Assembly: GCA_054600435.1 (NCBI GenBank)
Contig: BAAIJX010000007.1
Coordinates: 558,001-622,000, forward strand
Source: Neophaeotheca triangularis
Taxonomy: Eukaryota
Length of the DNA stretch: 64,000 bases
Direction: 5' to 3'
Below, piece by piece: positions 10,211-20,925 of this stretch. Both the position numbers and the translations under genes were made by a program. The first letter of the stretch is position 1. Each line of letters opens with the position of its first letter. Below the pieces are notes generated by a model that worked only from the letters and a program-made list of their open reading frames with translations, made no database searches and was not told the origin of the DNA.

Positions 10211-13008
10211 TCAATGATACAGAGCACTTCTTGCCCTATCCGTCTCCCTCGTTGCATTATGCAAATGCTGTGTCACATCCAGCACAGTCGTAACATGTTT
10301 CTTACTCAACCCTTCACTACGTTTCGAAGCCAACAACTGCGCAGTCTTGAGCACGTTCTTGATTTGACGACCGTTCATATCCATCAGGCAGAGGCGGTCG
10401 AGGTCTTTCTTGCTGATGGTGTGAGGAAGCGTGCGGGAGGCGTGGAGTTGACGGGCTTTTTCTTCTTCCTCGGCAGACGTATCATCGTTGCTGTGGTCGT
10501 TTGTTCCGTTCGTGATATTGTTGGTGGCATCAATTGCTTTCGACTTCGCAGCGGAGACGAGTGGCTTAGATGGTCTTTCGCGAGCGGTGGCTTGGGCAAC
10601 ATTGTGCTGGGCGAGAAAGTTGGTCCAGACGGTACGTCTACTCTCGGCGCTGAGTTCTGGGTACTCAAGAGAGATGTGGATCCTGCTCTGGAAAGCTGCA
10701 TCAAACGTCTCGACGCGGTTGGTCGTCAAAAACATGATGCCCTCGTAGTACTCAAGCACCCGCAAGAAGATGCTGACGAGTTTGTTCCGCTCAAGTTCGC
10801 GCAGGCTTCGAGCAGTGAGGAAGACATCAGCTTCATCGATGAGGAGAATGGCGTTCCATCTCGTACAAATCTCCAAGACGCCTTGAAGTTTCGACTCCAC
10901 CGAACGAGGGTCGAGTCCAAGGTCGCCGGCAGACATCATGTACAGAGGTACATTCATCTCTTCACTCACGCTCTCCGCCGTCAAAGTCTTTCCCGTGCCT
11001 GGCGGACCACACAGCAGCAGGATAATGCCTCTTCCTTTGCCCTCGATGACATCATCGAATTGGCCGTGGTAGCTTTGCTGCGTTTCCGTGAAACCAAGGA
11101 TAAGCTCCTTCTGGTTGGCAGGCAAGACGAGGCTATCAAACGCCCGGCTGTTGAAACTGATGTCTTGCACTGCATTGACGAACAGGTTCAGCCAGATCTT
11201 CTCCTTGAGCGAGTACCCTCTGACGAGCGGCGTCATTATCATCTTCTGTTCGTCAGTAAGAGGCGTCCGAGCAGCAGTCTCTTCTTCTTCGTCAGCAAAA
11301 GCACCGTCCATGGGCATACCCCCCTGGCTGTCACCTTCATCGTATTCGTCATACATGTCGCCGCCCAGGGAGTCGGAGCCGCCGTCAAACATTGCGAGTG
11401 GATCGTCGAAGGCTCAGAGACTGTCGTGGGACGAGGGGTCCTTGATGTTCAGCGGTGTGACATAAACCGCCATGTTGGGGTTGAATTTGTTCCAACCATG
11501 ACCGTCAATGACAATGCGAGACTTGATCGAGTACTTCTCCTTTATTCCCATGCTGTTAAGCCGCCAACCGATCCCGTTGTAGGCACGATAGTGAGGTCCG
11601 GCGAAGCTCTCGACTTTAGCGCCTCGCTCAATCAGCCTCACTTTCAGCTCAGCCTTCTCAGAGTGGAAGCTGAATGGTAGTGCAGCCAGGCTCGCAATGG
11701 TCTTGGTCCCTTCGTACTTGCGGATGCACATGTTGAGCTTGTTTGTGCCGAACCTCGTACCATCCCAGTCGATGTACTGACAATTGAGCCAGTAGACTGG
11801 GCTTCCGTCTCTGTCATGTCCGTAGTGTGACGAACTGAGTCTGAAAACCCGGTCCTGGCCTTCTTGCTTGCTGTATACGTAGGAACCAGGCTGGAATAGA
11901 GTCCAGAGATGCTCGTATGTCATGACACCCTTGTTCTTCATATCAATTGATGCGTCGATTGTGCTTTGGAATTCCTTGACGAGGAGTTCGTACAGCAATT
12001 CAGCATGCTTGAGCTCATCGAGCTTCACCCCGTCTGCAGTACCATCCACCTTGCTTTGCTTAAGTTGTTCAATGGCAGCGGTGAGTACACTCCATCTGTG
12101 AATGATCGGTTCAAATCGACCTGAGAATTCCAGTCGCTGCAGCCCGACGGTAACACCAGGATAGCCGGCGAGGACTTTGCCAAGGAGATCTTTCAGAAGT
12201 GGGGATTGCACGACGATTGAGTGAATGGAGAGTACCTTGCGCGGGTCGTTGTATATCTTGACGTTCCTCACAAGTAGCGCCCATTTCTGCGTTTCCGCAT
12301 CCTCGGCGGGCTTACCAACGTCTTCGGGAATGGTGGTTTGCCATTGGAAGCGGCCACGCTTGTCTTCCTTGCCACTGTAGAGGTTCTTGTACCCAGCAGA
12401 CATGCCGACATCAGCTGGATCGAGTTTGACCATCTCTTGTGTATTGCTTGTTTTCTCAGTGCTTTCAGGGGTTCCACTGGCGCCGGTGGGAGAGGTAATA
12501 GGGGTCGAGGATGTCAGACCATTAGTGGTCGTTGAACGAGGCTCTTTAGCTGCAGAAAGTTAGCGTAGTATTTCCCTCGCTGCGGGTGAGCAGCCATGCC
12601 TGGTTGCAAAGACAAACCAGCCAAAAGGTCGTCCACGGTTGCTGTGTCGTTTGGCATGGCGGACTTTTGGAGATGAAGACTCTCGCCCGGCTTCAGCACG
12701 AGTTGAACGAGAGCTTCCAAGAGCAGCGTTGAAACTGACTTTGTCTCTCTTGGTGCTGTCGTCTCCTTGGATCCGCCATCGTCCGTCGCAGGAGGAGCCT
12801 GGACAGGCATAGTAGGATTCTGCCCTTCCATGTCCGAGTCGGAAGAGACACAGCCTTGTCTTCTTCGTCGCTGCCTCTCTCTTCGACGCCTCCAGGCAGC
12901 TGTTCTATTCTCACGCGCTACGGATTCAAGAAAGCTCTGATGTATCAGCTCGCTCTCCTCGCAATCGAGATCCGGCAAGTCGTCGTGAAGAGGTTCTTGG
13001 ATGTTCAT
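10211..13008 (-). CDS. Fungal AAA+ ATPase with a long N-terminal region and one in-frame TGA at 11414-11416 (possible pseudogene)
   Basis: Walker A GPPGTGKT, Walker B LLIDEAD, LTTNR and SRIH. ORFs 11414-12433 and 10211-11392 share a frame across a single TGA. Intron 12550-12617 (GTTTGT..GCTAAC..CAG) links the upstream exon; start uncertain. Confidence 0.8.
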
Positions 13009-14900
13009 GTAGCTGCCGTGTGAGAGGTGTCAAGTGTCTTTTTAAGGCAGAGTAGGGGGGTCTGAGTCAAAACACGCTGCTGCCTGGGAACCACTAGTGT
13101 TGTCTAGACTTCAAGTGTCTCAGGATTGAATGGTATCGCTGCCTGTGTTGAACAAGGCGGGAATCGTGGGAAAATGACTCCTACTAGAATAGAGAATCAA
13201 TTGAGCTCTGCCTACGACTGCATCCCGCGCGCTCGTGGCATGTCTTTGAGGGCGAGCTGTCCGTTTCGAGCTAGGGTGTATGCACAAGGACGCCTGCAGT
13301 GCGCCTTACTGGCTGGCCCAGTGTCGCTGCTCACCGGAGCCATGGGCGCTTCCGTCAGAGCGTGCTGTGTTGCGGCTTGCCCATCATCCAGTAGAGTGCT
13401 AGTATCTTGACAAGTTGACCGGTCACAGATGAGGTCGCTACCTAGGTACCTTGGTTTGAGAAGTGTCGTTGGACAAGTGCCAAGCAAGGTGGAGCCATCA
13501 AATCCCGAGGTACAGACATGCCGACTTCCAAGGTTCCTGAATCCTGGATCAACTTGGCCGCTGCAAGCTCGGCGGCAATAGTGACAACGAACAGGTTCAA
13601 TAATGCAGCATGAGCAATGCCGAAAAGCACAAGGGTAATGGAAGCCTCACACTGCGATTCTTCTCGTACATGAGAGACTGGCCGTAGAACCATAGATGTA
13701 GGTATCGAGACCATCCTCATCTGGAATTGACATCTGATCATTGAAACGGTCGGCGACAGCTTTGGCCTTGGGCATACACTGCATTGGACTGTTCGATAAA
13801 TCGCCTTCATGCTCAACACCCTTCCGACGAAGGAGTAGTCACAATCCTTCCATTATGCTTGCAGGGCGGCGGTACATGTTAACCTATCTCGCCGCGCTTG
13901 CCCTCGACAGCTCGCTCTTCGATTCATCACCCCGCCTTGCCTTAATGGCCCAGGGACGGTGGTTTATGTTTATGGTGCCTACGTGCTTCTTCTGGATTCG
14001 AAAAGGCGACATGTTCAAGTTCGGGACTTTGGTCGACGCGGGGGGCGAGAGCGGTCTCTCAGCAGCTAATGACTTGAGGAATAAATCAATGGCGCCTACA
14101 GCCGCATCGGGCACCCGTAAGGAAGGAGGGTTGCGATGACGAGACTGGCTCGATGCATAAGGGGGAAGCCGACCGCAGTCCCGGCAACGGTACGTTACAT
14201 CTTGCGGAAACCCATGATGCCAGCGCGCGCTCCATTGAGTCTGTCGTACGGAGGACAGGTGGAAGATGGACGGTCTATCTGCATTCATTTGAAGTGGCGC
14301 TCCGCGGTCCTCAGGCTACGCGCAGTGCCAGTGTCAGAGCTCAGCGTGAGCGCGAAGTGTTGGCCACGCGGCGCTCGAGAGCGCTCGGATCGAGGAAGGG
14401 TGAGAATGTCTTGCTGGAATCGAACTCACAGACTATAGACGGTAGTTGGTTAATTTTGATTACAAGCGCAATGATTTGGGTGTCTCACTCGTTATTTTCG
14501 ATTCTCGTTCGATTTTGGGTGCGAGATCTTTAGGTGACGTTTTAGTGCTGACGATGTAAGAGCTCGATTTTGCCTGAGAACTCGCAACTGTCGTCAGAGG
14601 CCCTTTTGAACGCAGGTTTCGAGGTACAGTGCTCGGCATTATGATCGAGAACAACCGTCTGACCGATATGATGGTCATATGTAGTGGTTGTTGTTGAAGG
14701 ACCAACACCACGAGGGCTAGAGTTTGGGTACGTCTTCTTACCACGTGATTGCAGTCAACGCGGAAGGTTAAGCGGAGGTAGCGCAACTCTCAAACAACGT
14801 CTCGTCAACTGGACATGGGAAAGAACAACACTGTAGGAGGTTCATTATGTGCCGCGCCATGTAGCATGGATTCTTTACTGATCATCACACTGGAATCAAA

Positions 14901-15869
14901 ATGACAGCTCCATCTGCTCGCAAGCAGACCATTAAACAAGCAAAAGCGTCATTTAAATCTCGGAACAATTGCCCGATATCAGACAAGGAGAAGCGCCAAT
15001 TAGAACGGGGACTAGAGCTCGACCGACGTGCGAGATGGGCTCGAGAAAAGGAGAAGCGCAAGACAGACGCTCAGAAGGAGAAGGCTGAGAGGGACAAGGC
15101 GCAGAAGCATGCCGTAGTGCTGAGCACGCAGAGAGTCGGGGATAGATTTGGGTTCAAGAGTAGTCAGCGGCATTTGGGAGCCTTCTTTGGGGGAGGTGCG
15201 AAGTCTGGACCAGCCCAAAACCAGCCTGTTCTGAACGAGACGAGCAACTATGAAGCTACGGGAGAGCAAGAAGAGGCTGAGGATGGATTCGGCGGCGACG
15301 AGCTGGACGATGACAGCCTCCTAGAAGCTTTCGAGACACCCAAAGATATAGAACCGCCAAAAGCCAGCCAGTTCGCTAGAGACTTGTTCCTCATGCCTCC
15401 CCCGCCTCTCAAACGAGCGAACGTCCCCATGGCAGATGCGACCCCCGCATACTCCGAGGACGATCTGAGCTGGCTCGAAGACGACATGGAAAGTAGTACC
15501 CAAATTGCTCGAGATCTCGACTCCCTCAGTAGGTCTGCCGTAGAAGATGCGAAAGAGGACGCCAGGACAGCATCGTTCGGCTCTAGTGACTTCGATCTTA
15601 CGCCCGAGGAGATTGATATGCTCGACCCCCCCAAACAGTCGAAAGACGATCAGGCTCGTATCTTAATGCCTCCACCGCCAACGCCTGCCCCGACAGCGCG
15701 GAAGCAAAAGTCGTCGCGGAATTCCGAGAAGGAGCTGCGACCGCAGACGGATAAGCAGAGTGCTGTCTCTCCAGCTCAGCCGACCTCTTCGGACCCTGGC
15801 TTTACATTATCGCAACTGGAAAGCTTCGTCGAAGACGATCTGCAGCTCACGCAAGCGGCACCTGGATGA
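14901..15869 (+). CDS. Hypothetical protein (basic coiled-coil N-terminus, acidic/Pro-rich C-terminus)
   Basis: 322-aa ORF with coding-like composition; no domain recognised. Confidence 0.7.
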   Translation: MTAPSARKQTIKQAKASFKSRNNCPISDKEKRQLERGLELDRRARWAREKEKRKTDAQKEKAERDKAQKHAVVLSTQRVGDRFGFKSSQRHLGAFFGGGAKSGPAQNQPVLNETSNYEATGEQEEAEDGFGGDELDDDSLLEAFETPKDIEPPKASQFARDLFLMPPPPLKRANVPMADATPAYSEDDLSWLEDDMESSTQIARDLDSLSRSAVEDAKEDARTASFGSSDFDLTPEEIDMLDPPKQSKDDQARILMPPPPTPAPTARKQKSSRNSEKELRPQTDKQSAVSPAQPTSSDPGFTLSQLESFVEDDLQLTQAAPG

Positions 15870-17428
15870 AAGCATTATGTCCTGTGTAGAAAGCCTTAGT
15901 AGGGGCTGACTTGGGCATCTCTACGAGGTCGCGAACAAAGGACGTGATCTCCTCTGAATTCAAGCAGCAAGCTTAGAGTTCTGACAAAGGGGAATCCCTC
16001 CCACCGCTCGGAACTCGGATCAAGCATCTCATCACTCCGTTTCATTGGTATTAGTCTACTAGACGCTCTGCCTACACAAGGATGCCGCTGTACCGAGCAC
16101 ACGCCTAGAGTCAACTATGGCGTACAATCAGGTTATCATTGTTGGCGATTCTATCTTAACACCTTCTGAATCTCGACTTGTCCGAGCGGTTGGTGTGAAA
16201 GCGGATAGAGGCTTTTCGCGGATGTCTGTCGCGACATGACTTTGATCAGGAGCGAATGCTACACGACGTCAAGGTGTGCTAAAATACTCACGCTGTACGC
16301 AACAATCCTGCTAACACGGTTCTCAGCATCGCTACCCCAACGCCAGCATTGAATAGCAATGCGCGACATGTTGCGTCCTTGTACGCCCAAAAAGGCGATT
16401 GTTCAAGGGAAACCGCCACTACACAGGAGGGACAGTCCACTAGATAGTACTGGAAAGCGAGGAGGATGTAAGCGTGACAACCTTCCTCTACTGAAGTGTC
16501 ATAGTGGTAGGGAGAGCGCAGCGAACCTGGTCGCTATGCTTGCGACCAGACTGTCTGCTTCAGAGGGCTGTCGTCAATGGAAGGAGATTTGATGTCGGTG
16601 GAAGAGGTCTACTTGCCACAGCGTTTCGTTCTACTAGAGGTTGGTATATCGTGCTACCTGGTACACGCAAGTAAGTATCTCTCATTGTCTCCCGTCTTCT
16701 TGAACCTCCTTGTCGCCGCGCTTTGTATCATACCCCCCTCTTATGGATCGTAAAAGCGAAAGTGTCTGAGCTCTTCCTGTGGGGCAGTGGGTGAGGCGCG
16801 ATGAGAAGACTTTGGCCGTGCGAGATCCAGGCGGTCAACCGTAGAAGCTATTGCTATGGAATGTTCCTGTCACCCCTTTGGACTCCTGCTGAGGGTACTG
16901 TGGATACATGTCAGGCTCTATACGTATCCAAGGCAGACCATATCAAAGCGTATAGCTACCTGCGCGCCTGCTGCCCTCCTCCCTCTGAGTATACTAGACG
17001 CCCCTTCACTGAAAAGCGTACCTTCACATTCACGTCTACCGCCTAAAGCGTGCTTAACCCCTATTCGTCACCCTATTCGTCACCAGCTTGTGAATTCCTG
17101 CCGGATCGAGCTTACTGTCGCCTGCCTTAGGCATTAGCGCCGACGGGAGCCTGCGGTTGGTGGAGAGTTCCGCGTTGCCTGCAGGTTCTGAGGTCATTTG
17201 CAAGGCCTCGTGCCTTCCAGATTGGTCACTAGCTTGGCGCTGCGCCTCTCCCAAATTCCCACCTACTTAAGAGCCTTCCCTTTCGTTCCAAACCTACAAC
17301 CTTTCTCTTCCTCTCTCCTAAACACAACACCTTCCGACACCTCCTTCTACCATACCTTCCAACCTCTTCAACCCATACCACCAACTACTACTACTCATCT
17401 ACCACATCCACCCTCTCTGTCCGCCAGT

Positions 17429-18603
17429 ATGAAGGTCTTCCTTCAGTTGGCTGTCATGGCTGCCGGTTTCACCACCATGGTGGCCGGCGCTCCGCTTCAG
17501 CCTTCCGAGACTGAGGTTACTGTAGGCACACTGCGATTTTCCGCCAACTCCACTTCATTCTAACATTCTCAGACCCTCGACTCCGCGGCTTTCGAGCCTG
17601 ACCACTACAACTCGGCTGTTCGTAACATCCAGCAATGACTATTCACTCACAACACCCACTGACAATCTTCAAGGGCCCTGTGGCTTTCGGCGTCACAACC
17701 CCTGTCTCTGTCGCCTTTTCGGCCGCCACTACCACCCAGCGCTCTTCTCCTTGGAACATCATCGAGAAGGATGTCAACAACGTCGCTGCCGCCAAGTCCA
17801 ACAAGTACACTGGTTTCAGCAACGCCCGCATCACCCGTGGCCCTCCCCTCCAAGAGGCCAACAGCTGGATCGCTCGTGCTGTTCCGACCGACGGCCCTTC
17901 TCCTGTGAACGCCGGCGACGATTCTGGCGACGCCGACGTCGAGGAATCTCCCACCACCGTCAACCGCGGCAAGGTTCCTGGTGAATGGGGCCCATGTGGC
18001 TTCTGGCACAACTGCAAGGACCCTCACAACACCGCCCACCCATTCCTTACCCTCATCACCAGCGCTGCGCCCAAGGTCGAGGAGACTCCCGTTCCGTCTT
18101 TCGAGCTCCCTTCTCCCATAAAGGAGGGACGCAACCTTGTCGACAAGCGTGTCCCTCCTCCGGATGTTCTTGTAAGTCAACACCTCTTCTCACACTCGTC
18201 GACCGCCAGCTAACCCTCACCCAGGAGCAACTCTGCAACAAGGGTTACCTCAAGTTCTGCACTGCCGTTCCCACCAACACTGTTCTCGACAAGCGCGTTC
18301 CTCCTCCTGACGTTGTCGTAAGCAAATAACTTCCTCTCACCCTCCATGACTGCCCGCTAAACTCCACTCAGGACAAGATGGTTGAGCTCTGTCTCGAGGG
18401 CAACAGCAAGTACTGCGACGCCCTCCCTGACAACCACATGGAGAAGCGCGCGCCCCCTCCGGAGATCATCGTAAGTAGACTCCCTTACCGACATCGGATG
18501 TGAGCAACGGCTAACCTATGCTCAGGACGAGATGACTGAGCTCTGCGACCGCGGCTTCACGAAGTACTGCGACGCGAAGCGCTTCCAGTCTCCTCCCGCC
18601 TAA
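17429..18603 (+). CDS. Secreted Kex2-processed repeat precursor (KEP-like), 301 aa, with three C-x7-C peptides
   Basis: Signal peptide MKVFLQLAVMAAGFTTMVAG. Exons 17429-17521, 17573-17617, 17674-18171, 18225-18317, 18372-18470 and 18526-18603, all separated by phase-0 GT-AG introns with CT[A/G]A-type branch sites. Repeats KR-[VA]PPP[DE]xx..LCxxGxxK[YF]C..KR. Confidence 0.85.
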
Positions 18604-19600
18604 GCGCGGAAAGGCACACCATCCTGCACCGATTGCACACGGCGGACTTCCTTGGTCTGCAGCAGCATATGGGTCGGATGCAAGTTTGCGAATGGGTTTT
18701 CTTGCGGGATAGATTAAAGTCCCAGCATTCGATGAATAGCATCGATCTTCCACTTTTTCGCCTTTGGGTGACAGATAGTAGATACGATCAAGCTATGCTT
18801 TTCATCATGACTTTTTGTCGCTTCCCTTTCATACCACTGTGCCTGTCGCTGTCCTTGTCCTTGCCCAAGTATATGTCATTGTAGTTGTGTCTACTTACAT
18901 TGAGGTCACTGTCCATGTCTACCCCGAGCAAGATGTGCACTGTAGAGGCCACGGGTGGCTTCACATCTCTACCGGTAAGCTTGCTCAAAAGAGAGGCCCA
19001 GGTGGCCACTCTCAACCCCCTCAAAACAACTCGCAAAGTGACAGTGGTGCAATCGAAGCCGGTGAACATCCCTCCCAACTCCGAGCCAGCGTCTTCGACT
19101 TAACACCGCTGGCCTCCATTGAGGCTGCTGTCGGCGTCGTGAGAGCTTCCACGATCCAGGGCATGGGGTTGAGGTTTGCCGTGGATGGACGATTGCTCGA
19201 ATCGCACCTGCAGACCAGCGTTCTTGTCTAGTTAAATGTGCATTGGAAGAAAGCATACACCAAATTCTCCCTCCCACTCTCAGCCATCGAATGTTTGAAC
19301 AAGCATCACAGGCCGCTGACCCAATCCCTAATGTAGCTTCGCATCTGTCCTCACAACACGTCATTCCTACCTTTTCGCGCTCTGATAGTACAATGTTGGT
19401 GGTTGGAAGCTTGATATACCGTGCTACTGGACTAGCTCAACCCCCAGCCCCCCTTCGCCCTTGGGTGTCAAGGTCGTAAGAGAGAGCTGGGCATATCCGA
19501 GCCATATTTACCTCTTTCGCACCGCCACGCTCAACGCCCCGTTTGTCCCTTCCGAATGCCTGGCAAGCACACTACCACCACTCTCTCACGGCCGAGCCGT

Positions 19601-20147
19601 CTATCGCTTCTTCTCAGCGTCCTTCATGACCTTCTTGACAATCTTCTGCTCCTCGATCAGGAAGGCGCGGGTGACGCGGTCCTTGACGCAGTTGGCGCAG
19701 CGCGAGCCGCCGTAAGAGCGCGAGACGGTCTTCTTGGGGCGGGAGATTTGGGAGTATTCGCGGGGACGGAGGGCGGGAATCTTTGGGGCTCCTTGTTAGT
19801 CAACAGCTTTCTGCATGCACGCACATCGCATTGCTCCCGTCTTCCGCTATTGGTGTTTCCGAGCGTGGTTGTGGGTGCGAAGATGGACGAGGAAGACATA
19901 CACCGCTAAGCTTCAGGCCACAGTCACCGCATTTCGGCGCAGTACCCTTCTTCTTGGTGTTGAGGTATCTGAGCTCGCCGCCAGGGGTCTTGATGACGCG
20001 GACTTTGTTGGACTTGGTGTTGTATCTGCAAAGAATCCCACTGCCTCAGTATCTGCCATTCCTGATTGTTTCCCTCCCTGCTGCCAGGTACATGTGTGTA
20101 TCTTACGGTTGCCGCCTGCGGTAGGTGAGTCTGTTGGAGGTGGTCAT
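19601..20147 (-). CDS. RPL34: 60S ribosomal protein L34 (eL34)
   Basis: [37 protein letters not shown]..|[36 protein letters not shown]; introns 20026-20106 and 19781-19901. Confidence 0.95.
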
Positions 20148-20189
20148 CGTGCCGGTGGTTTGCTGGGCGATTCGCTGGGTGTTGAGATA

Positions 20190-20218
20190 CTCGTCGTCGT
20201 CGTCGTCGTCGTCGTCGA
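20190..20218. repeat. (GTC/GAC)n microsatellite upstream of the RPL34 start codon
   Basis: About nine consecutive GTC units. Confidence 0.8.
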
Positions 20219-20925
20219 GGTCGCTGCCGGAGGCTTCAAAGTGTGAAGTTGCGCTTTGCTCGCTAGCGTCGTGCGCCGAATTTGAGCCTGCCAAGAGTTG
20301 ACACTTATCGCGACTTATCGTCACGTGCAGCTCCAAGGTCATGACTCGTGCGAAACTCCGACGTGAACTTTACAACTTCACGCGTGCAGCAAAAGCTTGC
20401 CACTGCCACTACTTTCTCCCCACCTCCACCTCCACCACCATTACTCCTACCATCGACACCACCTTTGCGCAGACAACGGCGCATCTTTATCTTCGTCACC
20501 GCGAGCTTTCGCACCGTCAGAAACTTCACCATAGCGACGCGCGCGATAGCGAGCACTCCAACTTCGTTCCCAGGCCGGCCGTGTGCCGAAGCCGACCTCC
20601 CTTCACTTCCTCCGATATCCTATTGCTTGGTTGCTTCACGACCTCCGTGAACTACAGGCGCTACGCTGTCAGAGTGTAAGGCTCCCTTCCCCTCCCAATG
20701 TCACACCTCAAACTTCAGCTGCCTGAGGGCTGGTCGCCACGTCGCGGTCACCCGACTGAGAAATCTGCGACGTGGTGGTGCACAGTCGACGAAGGCAAAT
20801 TCGACAACATTGTGTGCGCTCAATGCGCCGCTAAATGCGCTTTTTGGGGTGAAGACAAATCGGAAGAAAGACAAGAAGCTAACGAGCCTGAAGTCGAGCC
20901 CCCACAACGTTCAAAAGACAGCACC

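Noticed and set aside
10214..11680. Long antisense ORFs over the AAA ATPase (488 aa), and similar ones over PRP8 and WBP11
   Set aside because: Shadow ORFs expected from codon bias on the real coding strand; no recognisable motifs.
13100..14800. Short overlapping ORFs between the AAA ATPase and the gene at 14901
   Set aside because: I could not build a consistent spliced model or recognise any motif.
17059..17082. 12-bp tandem duplication CCCTATTCGTCA upstream of the peptide precursor
   Set aside because: Only two copies; consistent with ordinary slippage.
18794..19103. Possible second Kex2 precursor (hydrophobic start, LLKREAQ)
   Set aside because: In-frame TAG at 18882-18884, no repeats and no convincing intron.
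20698..20925. 76-aa N-terminal extension of PRP8 from an upstream ATG
   Set aside because: No Prp8-like sequence; the CACCATGG context and Pro-rich start at 20926 fit better.
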